Shown here: piece after piece, positions 1 through 8,407 of the stretch | Layout of the letters: every line of letters starts with the position of its first letter | How positions within the stretch are numbered: the stretch's first letter is position 1 | Source: Gammaproteobacteria bacterium | Lineage (GTDB): Bacteria; Pseudomonadota; Gammaproteobacteria; Eutrophobiales; Eutrophobiaceae | Length of the DNA: 64,000 nucleotides | Direction: 5' to 3' | Assembly (NCBI GenBank): GCA_965215365.1 | Contig: CBDCDS010000003.1 | Location: 2,272,001 to 2,336,000 of the forward strand | Position numbers and translations under genes: made by a program | The notes under the pieces: generated by a model | What the model saw: the letters and a program-made list of their open reading frames with translations, nothing else | What the model was told of the DNA's origin: nothing | The model's database searches: none

Positions 1-147
1 TGCGGCGAGATTTCCATTGCCCCACCCCCCGCCGCCATCGCCAACGCCATCCACGACGCCGTCGGCGTACGCCTGCACTCCATGCCCATGGCCCCGCACA
101 AGGTCTGCGCGGCGATTAAGGCCCGCAAAGCCGCCGAGTCTGTCTGA
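1..147 (+). CDS. C-terminal end (partial) of xanthine dehydrogenase/CoxL-family molybdopterin-binding subunit
   Basis: Frame 1 reads CGEISIAPPPAAIANAIHDAVGVRLHSMPMAPHKV..., the typical GE...PAAIANAI.DA.G.R C-terminal motif; stop at 145-147. Confidence 0.85.
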   Translation, partial: CGEISIAPPPAAIANAIHDAVGVRLHSMPMAPHKVCAAIKARKAAESV

Positions 148-152
148 ACACC

Positions 153-416
153 ATGCCCAAAGTCCGTATTCCCAAGTCCATGCAGTCATTCACCGGCGGC
201 AAAGACACCGTGACCGCGGCCGGACAGACGGTCAGGCGACTGGTACTGGTCCTGGACGAGGCTTATCCGGGTTTGCAGGATGCGCTAATGGACGGCGACC
301 GTCTCAAACCCGGACTCGCCGTCGCCGTCAACGGCCAAATCAGCCCACTCGGGGCGCTGCAACCGTTGCAGGAGGATAATGAAGTGTTATTCGTGCCGGC
401 CATTGGCGGCGGGTGA
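153..416 (+). CDS. MoaD/ThiS family sulfur-carrier protein
   Basis: 87 aa ubiquitin-like protein ending PAIGGG; follows a molybdoenzyme gene. Confidence 0.85.
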   Translation: MPKVRIPKSMQSFTGGKDTVTAAGQTVRRLVLVLDEAYPGLQDALMDGDRLKPGLAVAVNGQISPLGALQPLQEDNEVLFVPAIGGG

Positions 417-476
417 CGGTTGGCAGCAGCTGTCAGTAACCTGCAATCAGCAACGTAACTACCCTCCCCCCGTTTG

Positions 477-1481
477 TCATTCCTGCTCGCCCCACTTACC
501 CGCCGGCGGATGATAGCCTTCCCTGTCAGTCGTTCCCCCATTTGGGTGGTGAAATTGATCATGTCCCCCTAAAATATCCCTGGTAATGATGATCACATTC
601 TCAATTTGCTCCGTTGCCAGTATCCGCAGCTGCTCGCTGAATGCCAACAGGTTGCCCTTGTCGGCCTGCTGTAAGGCTCTGAGATAAAGTCCTCTTGCCT
701 CTGCTCTGATGAGGGGCGGTATTTCCCCCTTGCGTATATATACGTAAGCCATGAGCAAGCGCGAGATGCGCCCGTTGCCGTCCTGAAACGGATGAGTGCG
801 GGCAAAACGTTGGTGCAACCAGGCGGCTTCGACATGGGTGGGTATATTTTGCTCACGGATAACCGAGTACAGTGAAAACAGTTTGTCCATCTCCGGCTGT
901 ACCTGTTCGGGCGGACAGTATTCAAACAACACGCCATCCTCACGCAGCGGGTTGTTATCCTTTAATTTATATTCACCTTTGCGCTCAAAAGGCACCGATA
1001 CATGTTGTGCCTGTCCTGCTTCAATATGTATGCCGGGAAGAGTTCTCTGGTGCCGGGTAATCAGTTTATGCCAGGCTTTGATAGTGGCATGCGTTAATGG
1101 TTTATTATTCTTGATGTCCTTGAAAACCAGCTCCAGTGCTGTTTCCTGATCGGCAAGCAACCCTTTGATGGTGTCATCATCCACACTTTCTAGGGTGTGG
1201 GAGGAAACAACATTGCCCAGCCCCTCTGTGATCAACTGCTCGGTAATGCCGCCTTTTAAGGTATAAAGACCTTCAAGCTGTCCGGTTTCAATGGCAAAAG
1301 CCCGGCGGCGTTCCGTCAACCAGAGGTCCAGGATGGTTCTATCTACGGCTTTGTCCGTGAGCTGTTTCTGCAACTGCCGCCATTGTGATACCAGCTCATC
1401 GTAAACACGTGAATGCCATGTTTCAGCACCCTGGGGCAAGCCGGTTAAAGGCCGCCATTTTGTTTCGTCAGGGTTGTTCAA
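477..1481 (-). CDS. Fic-domain protein
   Basis: Canonical Fic motif HPFQDGNGRISR. Confidence 0.9.
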   Translation of the reverse strand: MNNPDETKWRPLTGLPQGAETWHSRVYDELVSQWRQLQKQLTDKAVDRTILDLWLTERRRAFAIETGQLEGLYTLKGGITEQLITEGLGNVVSSHTLESVDDDTIKGLLADQETALELVFKDIKNNKPLTHATIKAWHKLITRHQRTLPGIHIEAGQAQHVSVPFERKGEYKLKDNNPLREDGVLFEYCPPEQVQPEMDKLFSLYSVIREQNIPTHVEAAWLHQRFARTHPFQDGNGRISRLLMAYVYIRKGEIPPLIRAEARGLYLRALQQADKGNLLAFSEQLRILATEQIENVIIITRDILGGHDQFHHPNGGTTDREGYHPPAGKWGEQE

Positions 1482-1563
1482 AATTTGTCCCTCTTGACAG
1501 GCATTGTCGGGCGGGTTGAATAAAATGGCAGCCGGAATAATCGGTTACGGGATGAGCCGAAGT

Positions 1564-1710
1564 TCATCTATTTTCAACATCCAGCAAATGCAGCGAACGC
1601 AGTTCGCCGCCGAGTTTTACCAGTTTCCAGAACAGTTCTTTGTCGGTGGGATAGGGAACTTTCGGGAAGTCCGTTTTCAGGAACTCCTGGTAGCGTTTGC
1701 GATCGGCCAT
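1564..1710 (-). pseudogene. Fragment resembling the C-terminal specificity region of a Type ISP restriction-modification enzyme
   Basis: Hand translation MADRKRYQEFLKTDFPKVPYPTDKELFWKLVKLGGELRSLHLLDVENR matches the RY.EFLK.DFP.VP...F..L..LG.ELR.LHLL motif; only 48 codons. Confidence 0.65.
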
Positions 1711-1738
1711 AAGAGCTTTCGTGTTCCGGCGCGAAGCC

Positions 1739-2842
1739 CTACTCCAGCTTGCCCTGATGACTCGTCTGATAACTCACCCGATAAATGGCCCCGGCCTTGT
1801 CGTCCGAGATCAGCAGGCTGCCGTCCCGGGATACCAGTACGTCGTTGGGGCGACCTGAAACCTTTTCGCCTTTCAGCCAGAGGGCCAGGAACGGTTCATA
1901 CACGGGACCGGTTTCGTCAAAGCGTACTACACTGACCCGGTAGCCCACTTTGGCAGAGCGGTTCCAGGAGCCGTGCTCGGCGATGAACAAGGCGTGGCGG
2001 TAGGCTTCGGGAAATTGATCGCCGGTGTAAAACGCTAAGCCCAGGGCGGCGGAATGAGCCTGGATTTTGACTTCCGGTGCCACGTAGTCGGCAGGGTCGT
2101 GGCCGGCGCCGAACTTGGGGTCGAGGATAGCGCCGGCATGGACATAAGGGTAGCCATAGTGGGCGCCGGCTGTGGTCACGCGGTTTATTTCTTCAGGAGG
2201 CAGGTCGTCTCCCAACCAGTCCCGGCCGTTGTCGGAGAACCATAACTCGCCGGTATCCGGGTGCCAGGCCATGCCCACGGAATTACGCACGCCGGCTGCG
2301 TAAATGGTGGTCTCGCCGGTGTCCGGATCCATACGCAGGATACTGGCGAAACGCGGGTCTTCAGACTCACAGATATTGCAGGGGGCGCCCACGGGCAGGT
2401 ACAGGAAGCCATCGGGGCCGACCGACAGGTACTTCCAACCGTGGTGGCGCTTGTCCGGCAGTGCGTCGGTCACGACTTCCGGTTGCGGGTTGTCCCTGAA
2501 TGTCTGGTCGATGTCGCGGTAGCGTAATACGCGATTCAACGCGCCCACGTACAGGTCGCCGCCAATCAGCGCCAGACCGCTGGGCAGCTTCAAGCCCCGG
2601 GCAAACGTGACGACTTCTGTGGCGCCATCGGGGCCGCTTGCCACGGCATACAGGTTCCCCTGGCGCAGTGAGCCCACCAGCAACAGCCCGGCTTCCGTCT
2701 GCGCCAGCTGGCGCGCGCCGGGCACTTCAGCAGTCAGCACAGACAGCCGGAAGTCACCAACTACGGTGTCGGCGATGGTATCGGCAAAACCGGCAAGGGG
2801 CAGTAACAACAGCAATAAAACGGGTTTGATCATGGCGCGCAC
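1739..2842 (-). CDS. Secreted PQQ-dependent sugar/sorbosone dehydrogenase family protein
   Basis: Signal peptide; motifs GAPCNIC, GVRNSVG, HGSWNR, GRPNDV. Confidence 0.85.
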   Translation of the reverse strand: MRAMIKPVLLLLLLPLAGFADTIADTVVGDFRLSVLTAEVPGARQLAQTEAGLLLVGSLRQGNLYAVASGPDGATEVVTFARGLKLPSGLALIGGDLYVGALNRVLRYRDIDQTFRDNPQPEVVTDALPDKRHHGWKYLSVGPDGFLYLPVGAPCNICESEDPRFASILRMDPDTGETTIYAAGVRNSVGMAWHPDTGELWFSDNGRDWLGDDLPPEEINRVTTAGAHYGYPYVHAGAILDPKFGAGHDPADYVAPEVKIQAHSAALGLAFYTGDQFPEAYRHALFIAEHGSWNRSAKVGYRVSVVRFDETGPVYEPFLALWLKGEKVSGRPNDVLVSRDGSLLISDDKAGAIYRVSYQTSHQGKLE

Positions 2843-2961
2843 CTGGCAACAAGTTATTTGGATTACAGGCCATCTGCCACTATACCCGAACGAATCATAT
2901 TCGTTTGTCAGTTGAGTGACAAACAGTCAAGGCCGCTCCAAACCTTGTGCCGCCCGCCGGA

Positions 2962-4119
2962 TTACCCGGCTGCGTCCCGTAACTGTTCCACCTTGTCTGT
3001 CGTCTCCCAGGTGAAGTCAGGTTGCTCGCGACCGAAGTGGCCGTAGGCGGCGGTTTGCCGGTAGATGGGGCGTAACAGGTTCAGTTCACGGATGATGGCC
3101 TTGGGGCGCAGGTCGAAGAGCTCCTGCACCAGGGTTGCAAGGCGGGACTCTGGCAGGGCGCCGGTGCCGAAGGTGTTAACCATGAGGCTCACTGGCCGGG
3201 CAACGCCGATGGCGTAAGCGACCTGAAGCTCGCACTTTTCGGCCAGACCGGCGGCAACGATGTGCTTGGCCACATAGCGCGCGGCGTAGGCGGCGGAGCG
3301 GTCCACCTTGGACGGGTCCTTGCCGGAAAAGGCACCGCCGCCGTGGTGGGCAACGCCGCCGTAGGTGTCGACGATGATCTTCCTGCCGGTGAGGCCGCAA
3401 TCGCCCACGGGGCCGCCGATGACGAAACGCCCGGTGGGGTTGACCAGATAACGAGTATCATCGCCCAGCATCGCTACCGGCAGCACCGGCTTGATGATCT
3501 CCTCAATGACTGCTTCGGTCACGTCCTTATGGCTGACCTCGGCGTCATGCTGGGTTGACAGCACTACGGTATCCACTGCGGTCGGTCGGCCGTTTTCATA
3601 GCGCACGCTGACCTGGGACTTGGCATCGGGACGCAACCAGGGCAGTTGGCCGGACTTCCGGACTTCTGCCTGCTTTTGCACCAGCCGCTGCGCGTAGGTG
3701 ATGGGAAACGGCATCAGCACATCGGTCTCGTTGCAGGCATAGCCGAACATAAGACCCTGGTCACCAGCACCCTGGTCCAAGTCCATCCCTTCACCTTCAT
3801 TCACTCCCTGGGCGATATCCGGTGACTGTTTGTCCAGTGCCACCAGCACTGCGCAGCCGTTGCCGTCAAACCCCATTGCCGATGAGTCATAACCAATGTC
3901 GCAGATAGTCCGGCGCGCCACCTCCGGGTAGTCGATATTTGCCAACGAGGTGATCTCGCCGGCCAGCATGACCTGCCCGGTCGTTACCAGAGTCTCACAA
4001 GCCACCCGCGCCTGCATGTCCTGCTCCAGCAGGGCATCAAGAATGGCATCGGACACCTGGTCGGCGACCTTGTCCGGATGGCCTTCGGAGACGGATTCCG
4101 AGGTAAACAGGTAATTCAT
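2962..4119 (-). CDS. metK: S-adenosylmethionine synthetase
   Basis: [28 protein letters not shown] motifs. Confidence 0.98.
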   Translation of the reverse strand: MNYLFTSESVSEGHPDKVADQVSDAILDALLEQDMQARVACETLVTTGQVMLAGEITSLANIDYPEVARRTICDIGYDSSAMGFDGNGCAVLVALDKQSPDIAQGVNEGEGMDLDQGAGDQGLMFGYACNETDVLMPFPITYAQRLVQKQAEVRKSGQLPWLRPDAKSQVSVRYENGRPTAVDTVVLSTQHDAEVSHKDVTEAVIEEIIKPVLPVAMLGDDTRYLVNPTGRFVIGGPVGDCGLTGRKIIVDTYGGVAHHGGGAFSGKDPSKVDRSAAYAARYVAKHIVAAGLAEKCELQVAYAIGVARPVSLMVNTFGTGALPESRLATLVQELFDLRPKAIIRELNLLRPIYRQTAAYGHFGREQPDFTWETTDKVEQLRDAAG

Positions 4120-4207
4120 TATAGGGCGCTCCCGATTGATTAACTCGCTATTCTACCCGGTTGCCGGCGAGTTTTACAGTGTCGTCAGAGTTAGCCTGAA
4201 TACGGGT

Positions 4208-4226
4208 TGGTGAGATATGCGGGTTA
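4208..4226. repeat. Dispersed repeat family A core (TGGTGAGATATGCGGGTTA)
   Basis: Same core recurs about 10 times in the window. Confidence 0.8.
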
Positions 4227-4283
4227 GAGGCGCCCGATTGATGCTATACTGCCGCCCATGCCGGAGATGGAAACTGACATCTT

Positions 4284-5186
4284 GTGGAGCCGTTGATATT
4301 GAATGACTCTGGTGAAGCGTCCGTGGCCGCACACGAGCGCTCGGTGCAGGAGTACTACGATGTTATGACCAAGGGGTTCCACCTGCAATGGAACCCCGAT
4401 CATATTCACATGGGAGTATTCGAACCCGGGGAGTGCCCTAGGCATAACGAGCACATGAAAGACTCGACCGGGCTGAACCGCGCGCTGGAGCGCATGATCG
4501 AGCTGGTGGTGGCCCCGGCCGCGATTGCGGAGCGCCACCAGGTGGTTGATGCCGGCTGCGGAGTCGGGGGGACGGCAATTCATCTGGCTCGCACGCGCGG
4601 GTGCAGGGTCACCGGCGTCAACCTGAGCAGGTTGCACCTGGAGCTGGCTGACAGGAAGGTTGCCGACGCCGGGCTGGAGGGTCGGGTTGATTTCAAGTAT
4701 GCGGATTGTTCTCAACAGCTGCCGTTCGCCGATGCTTCCGTTGACGTGCTTGTCAACATCGAAAGCGCGCGCCACTACAGCAACCGCGAGCGCTTCCTGC
4801 GGGAGGTGCGCCGCATACTCAGGCCGGGCGGAAAAATCGTTGCCTCAGACTGGATGGCGCGCGCCGGCCTGCAGCCCGAGCAGTACCAGAGATTCATTCG
4901 CCCGCTGTCCCCGGCCTGGGCACTGTGCGACTTGGAAAGTCAATCCACCTACACCCGGCTGTTACACACAAATGGCTTGGAAGTTCTGGAATTCGACGGC
5001 TTTGCCGGCGGGGAACTCGATAACCTGCAAATCATCATGAATACCTACCAGTCACTCCGGCTGTTGCGCCACAGCGGCATGAGGGCGCCCACCCTGCTTA
5101 GCCTGATAGCGCGCATAGAGAAGCTCTGCAACGCCTGGCGTAATGGTTACTTCGATATCAGGCGTTACTGTGCGGTGAAAGCGTAA
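4284..5186 (+). CDS. Class I SAM-dependent methyltransferase (sterol/tocopherol MTase-like), probable RiPP tailoring enzyme
   Basis: HIHMG and VVDAGCGVGG SAM motifs, LRPGG; directly upstream of NHLP precursor; exact start uncertain. Confidence 0.85.
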   Translation: MEPLILNDSGEASVAAHERSVQEYYDVMTKGFHLQWNPDHIHMGVFEPGECPRHNEHMKDSTGLNRALERMIELVVAPAAIAERHQVVDAGCGVGGTAIHLARTRGCRVTGVNLSRLHLELADRKVADAGLEGRVDFKYADCSQQLPFADASVDVLVNIESARHYSNRERFLREVRRILRPGGKIVASDWMARAGLQPEQYQRFIRPLSPAWALCDLESQSTYTRLLHTNGLEVLEFDGFAGGELDNLQIIMNTYQSLRLLRHSGMRAPTLLSLIARIEKLCNAWRNGYFDIRRYCAVKA

Positions 5187-5198
5187 AGCAAATAGTGA

Positions 5199-5227
5199 TT
5201 GAAAACGATCTGCTGGTATGGTAAAAT
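5199..5227 (+). promoter_or_regulatory. Sigma70-type promoter of NHLP precursor
   Basis: TTGAAA-17 bp-TAAAAT with extended TG; GGAG RBS before ATG 5257. Confidence 0.6.
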
Positions 5228-5256
5228 CGCCTTCCGGTTAATCGGAGACATTACAG

Positions 5257-5532
5257 ATGCAGAATCAGGTTGCGTCCGTCCTGAAAACGGCGGAAGACAT
5301 GCGTGCCCACCTGGTCGATAAGGCGCTTGCCGACGAGGATTTCCGGGCGCGGTTGCTCGCAGATCCCAAGGGTGTCACCGCCGCTGAGTTCGGGATACAC
5401 ATTCCGGACATCCTTGATATCCAGGTGCATGAAGCCGACAAGTACACGTTTCACGTGATACTGCCGCCCGGCCCCGAGCTGGATGAGGAGCAACTGGAAA
5501 TGATTGCAGCCGGGCTGCGCTGCTGCATTTGA
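5257..5532 (+). CDS. NHLP (nitrile hydratase-like leader) / proteusin RiPP precursor, predicted core LRCCI
   Basis: KALADEDFRARLLADPK leader motif, VILPP, and ELDEEQLEMIAAG double-glycine-type cleavage motif. Confidence 0.9.
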   Translation: MQNQVASVLKTAEDMRAHLVDKALADEDFRARLLADPKGVTAAEFGIHIPDILDIQVHEADKYTFHVILPPGPELDEEQLEMIAAGLRCCI

Positions 5533-5645
5533 CGGCACGGTGAACGCTGCCGGTCCTGGCCCCGGCACCTGTAGCATGGTCGCGCGTTTTATGTTAGTTT
5601 GCGCGCGCAGGTTTATGCGCAAGTCCGTCTTGCACTCGATTCTCC

Positions 5646-6194
5646 ATGCTGCAAAACCCTTTTTCCGAAGATCTCGCCGCCAGCAAAGGCAAGCGTCAGC
5701 AGCTTGACCGCCTGCTGCGCGTCACCACCCCGCATGAACGTTTCATGCTGGCCGGTATCGGCCTGTTGTTGTGCGCAGGTCTGGCCTGGACTTTGTTCGG
5801 CAGTGTCACCCACAGCATTGTCCGGGACGGTATCCTGCTGGGAACGAGCGCGCATGGAACGCAAAACCAGACCCTGCAAGCCCTGTTGTACTTGTCGTCT
5901 GCTCAGGCGCAGGCCTTGCAGGCGCCGGCGCCGGTCTCGATTGAGATCACCCTGCCCGATGGCTCGAGCCAACGCCTGCCGGGCGAGGTGACCGCGCTGC
6001 GAGACGGCGGTCACTGGCTGCTGCCTGCCGCTGCCGGTTCGCCGAGTCGGGTTGAGATCACCCTGCCGCGCACAGCAAACCTTGCCGTGGCAGAGGAGAT
6101 ACCGTGCCGCCTGCACATCGTCCTGGGCCGGCGGGCACCGGTGCAGCTGTTCCTGCATGGCTGGACGCGGCCACAACCGCCGCCGGGAGGCTGA
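5646..6194 (+). CDS. Short NHLP-system secretion accessory protein (HlyD-like, lacking the long coiled coil)
   Basis: N-terminal QLDRLLRVTTP plus TM helix and C-terminal P..LF typical of NHLM secretion proteins; only 182 aa. Confidence 0.65.
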   Translation: MLQNPFSEDLAASKGKRQQLDRLLRVTTPHERFMLAGIGLLLCAGLAWTLFGSVTHSIVRDGILLGTSAHGTQNQTLQALLYLSSAQAQALQAPAPVSIEITLPDGSSQRLPGEVTALRDGGHWLLPAAAGSPSRVEITLPRTANLAVAEEIPCRLHIVLGRRAPVQLFLHGWTRPQPPPGG

Positions 6195-6199
6195 CAACG

Positions 6200-8389
6200 G
6201 TGCCTCGAAAACCAGCCGCAACGCCACGCGCGCGGCGTGTGGTCACCCCCCTGCGGTTGCAAACGCATACGACCGAATGCGGCGCTGCCTGCATCAGCAG
6301 CGTGTTGGCTTTTTTCGGCTACAATGCGCCGCTCAGCGAGCTGCGCGAACACTGTGAAGTAAACCGTGACGGCTCCTCGGCCGCAGCCCTGATGCGGGCC
6401 GCCAGGCACTACGGTCTTGATTGCAAGGGGCGCCTGACACAGGCGTCGGACTTTTGGAAGCTGCCACTGCCGCTGATCCTGTTCTGGGAGTTCAATCATT
6501 TCCTCATTCTGGAAGGTCTTGACCAGAATCAGGTGTACCTCAACGATCCGGCCTCGGGCCGGCGCAAGTTGTCCTGGGCCGAATTCAACCAGAGCTTTTC
6601 CTGGGTTGCGCTACACTTCAAACCCAAGCCGGAATTCCGGCCGGGAGGCGTGCGTCACAGCATGGCACAACGGCTTTCGGTCTGGCTGCAGGGCGCCTGG
6701 GGCGCGCTGGCGTATGCCTTGGCATGTGGCCTGATGCTGGTTGTGCTGGCCCTGGTCACACCGGTGGCGCTGGGACTATTCGTGGATCATATCCATGCCG
6801 GTAATGAATCCTGGGGCGCCTTCCTGGCCGCAGCACTGGCCGCAGCGGCGCTACTGGCGGCGGGGCTGACCTGGCTGCAACAGCGCTGCCTGCTGCGGTT
6901 GTCCACACGCATTTCAATCGTCGCCGGCGATCATGTCGTCACCCGGCTACTGTCTCTGCCGGTGGAATATTTCAACCACCGGATGATTGGCGATCTGGTC
7001 GCCCGCGTCGGGTCTATCGACAGAATTGCCAAGGCGCTGTCGGAACAGTTTGTAGCACTGGTCATCGAAATAGTTATGAGCGTGGTCTTGCTCGCGGTGA
7101 TGCTGGTCTATGACGTGATGCTGGCCGTTACCGTGCTGACGCTGGCGGCGCTGATGCTGGCGCTGATGCAGCTGCTCAGGCGTCGCCGGACTGAGGCCAA
7201 TTATGCCTTGCGACATGAACAGGACCTGCTGCTCGGCATTGGCTCCCTGTTGTTGAATCAGATAGAAAAGCTGCGCATCAAGGGCGAAGACGACAACGCC
7301 TTCTCCCGCTGGGGCGGCCACCAGGCCCGGGAACTGGCAGCGCGCCAGCGCCACGCCGAACTCGGCCTGCTGGACTCTGCCATACCGACGCTGTTCCTGC
7401 TGCTGGTCAACGCGGTGGTGTTGGCGTTGGCGGCAACACAGGTTATTGCCGGCGCCATGACTCTGGGCGCGCTGGTGAGCTTTTATCTCCTGGCCGCCAT
7501 GTTCCTGGAATCTGTGGGACGCTGGGCGGAACTGTCCCGATGGCGCCGGACACTTGAGACCGACATGCAGTGTCTAGATGACATTACGGAAGCGGCGCCA
7601 GACCGGACTCCACAGCGCGTAGGGCGACCGACGGGCGCCATTGCCACCTTAAACGGCCGGCTGCGACTGGCTGGGCGGCTGGAACTGCGCAACCTCAGCT
7701 ACGGCTATAATCGCCAGCGACCGCCATTGGTCAAGGCTTTTAACCTGACCATTGAACCGGGGCAACGCATCGCCGTGGTGGGGCCAAGTGGTTCAGGCAA
7801 ATCGACCCTGGCGCGCCTGGTGGCTGGCGTCTATCAGCCCTGGTCGGGCGAGATCCTGTTCGACGGTTTCCCGCGGCGGGAGATTCCCGACGAGGTCATG
7901 TCCCGCTCACTGGCCATGGTTGACCAGGATGTCATCCTGTTTTCCGGCAGCGTGAGAGATAACATTACCCTGTGGGACAGCGCCGTACCGGATGACGACC
8001 TGATCGCCGCGGCCCGGGACGCCCACATCCACGATGACATCATCAGTCGTGCGCGCGGCTATGCCACGCAGATTACCGAAGACGGGAGTAATTTCAGCGG
8101 CGGCCAGCGCCAGCGGCTGGAAATTGCCCGGGCCTTAGTCAGGAACCCGACGCTGTTGATACTTGATGAGGCCAGCAGCGCGCTGGACACCGTGACTGAA
8201 ATGGGCGTGGAAAATGCCCTGCGGCGGCGCGGCGTGAGTTCCCTCATCATCGCCCACCGGCTGAGTACGGTGCGTGACTGCGACCTGATCATCGTACTCG
8301 ACAAGGGCGAACAAGTGCAGCGCGGCAGCCATGATGAACTGGTGGCAGACAAAGACGGGCTGTATCACCGGTTGCTGCTGGCAGACTAA
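6200..8389 (+). CDS. NHLP export ABC transporter, C39 peptidase/permease/ATPase
   Basis: QTHTTECGAAC and FNHF (Cys/His dyad), Walker A GPSGSGKS, FSGGQRQR; GTG 6200 preceded by GGGAGG. Confidence 0.92.
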   Translation: MPRKPAATPRARRVVTPLRLQTHTTECGAACISSVLAFFGYNAPLSELREHCEVNRDGSSAAALMRAARHYGLDCKGRLTQASDFWKLPLPLILFWEFNHFLILEGLDQNQVYLNDPASGRRKLSWAEFNQSFSWVALHFKPKPEFRPGGVRHSMAQRLSVWLQGAWGALAYALACGLMLVVLALVTPVALGLFVDHIHAGNESWGAFLAAALAAAALLAAGLTWLQQRCLLRLSTRISIVAGDHVVTRLLSLPVEYFNHRMIGDLVARVGSIDRIAKALSEQFVALVIEIVMSVVLLAVMLVYDVMLAVTVLTLAALMLALMQLLRRRRTEANYALRHEQDLLLGIGSLLLNQIEKLRIKGEDDNAFSRWGGHQARELAARQRHAELGLLDSAIPTLFLLLVNAVVLALAATQVIAGAMTLGALVSFYLLAAMFLESVGRWAELSRWRRTLETDMQCLDDITEAAPDRTPQRVGRPTGAIATLNGRLRLAGRLELRNLSYGYNRQRPPLVKAFNLTIEPGQRIAVVGPSGSGKSTLARLVAGVYQPWSGEILFDGFPRREIPDEVMSRSLAMVDQDVILFSGSVRDNITLWDSAVPDDDLIAAARDAHIHDDIISRARGYATQITEDGSNFSGGQRQRLEIARALVRNPTLLILDEASSALDTVTEMGVENALRRRGVSSLIIAHRLSTVRDCDLIIVLDKGEQVQRGSHDELVADKDGLYHRLLLAD

Positions 8390-8407
8390 CCCGCAGAGCT
8401 CACCAAT

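Noticed and set aside
4120-4283. SAM riboswitch upstream of metK
   Set aside because: No recognisable SAM riboswitch consensus; the region is short and partly repeat-derived
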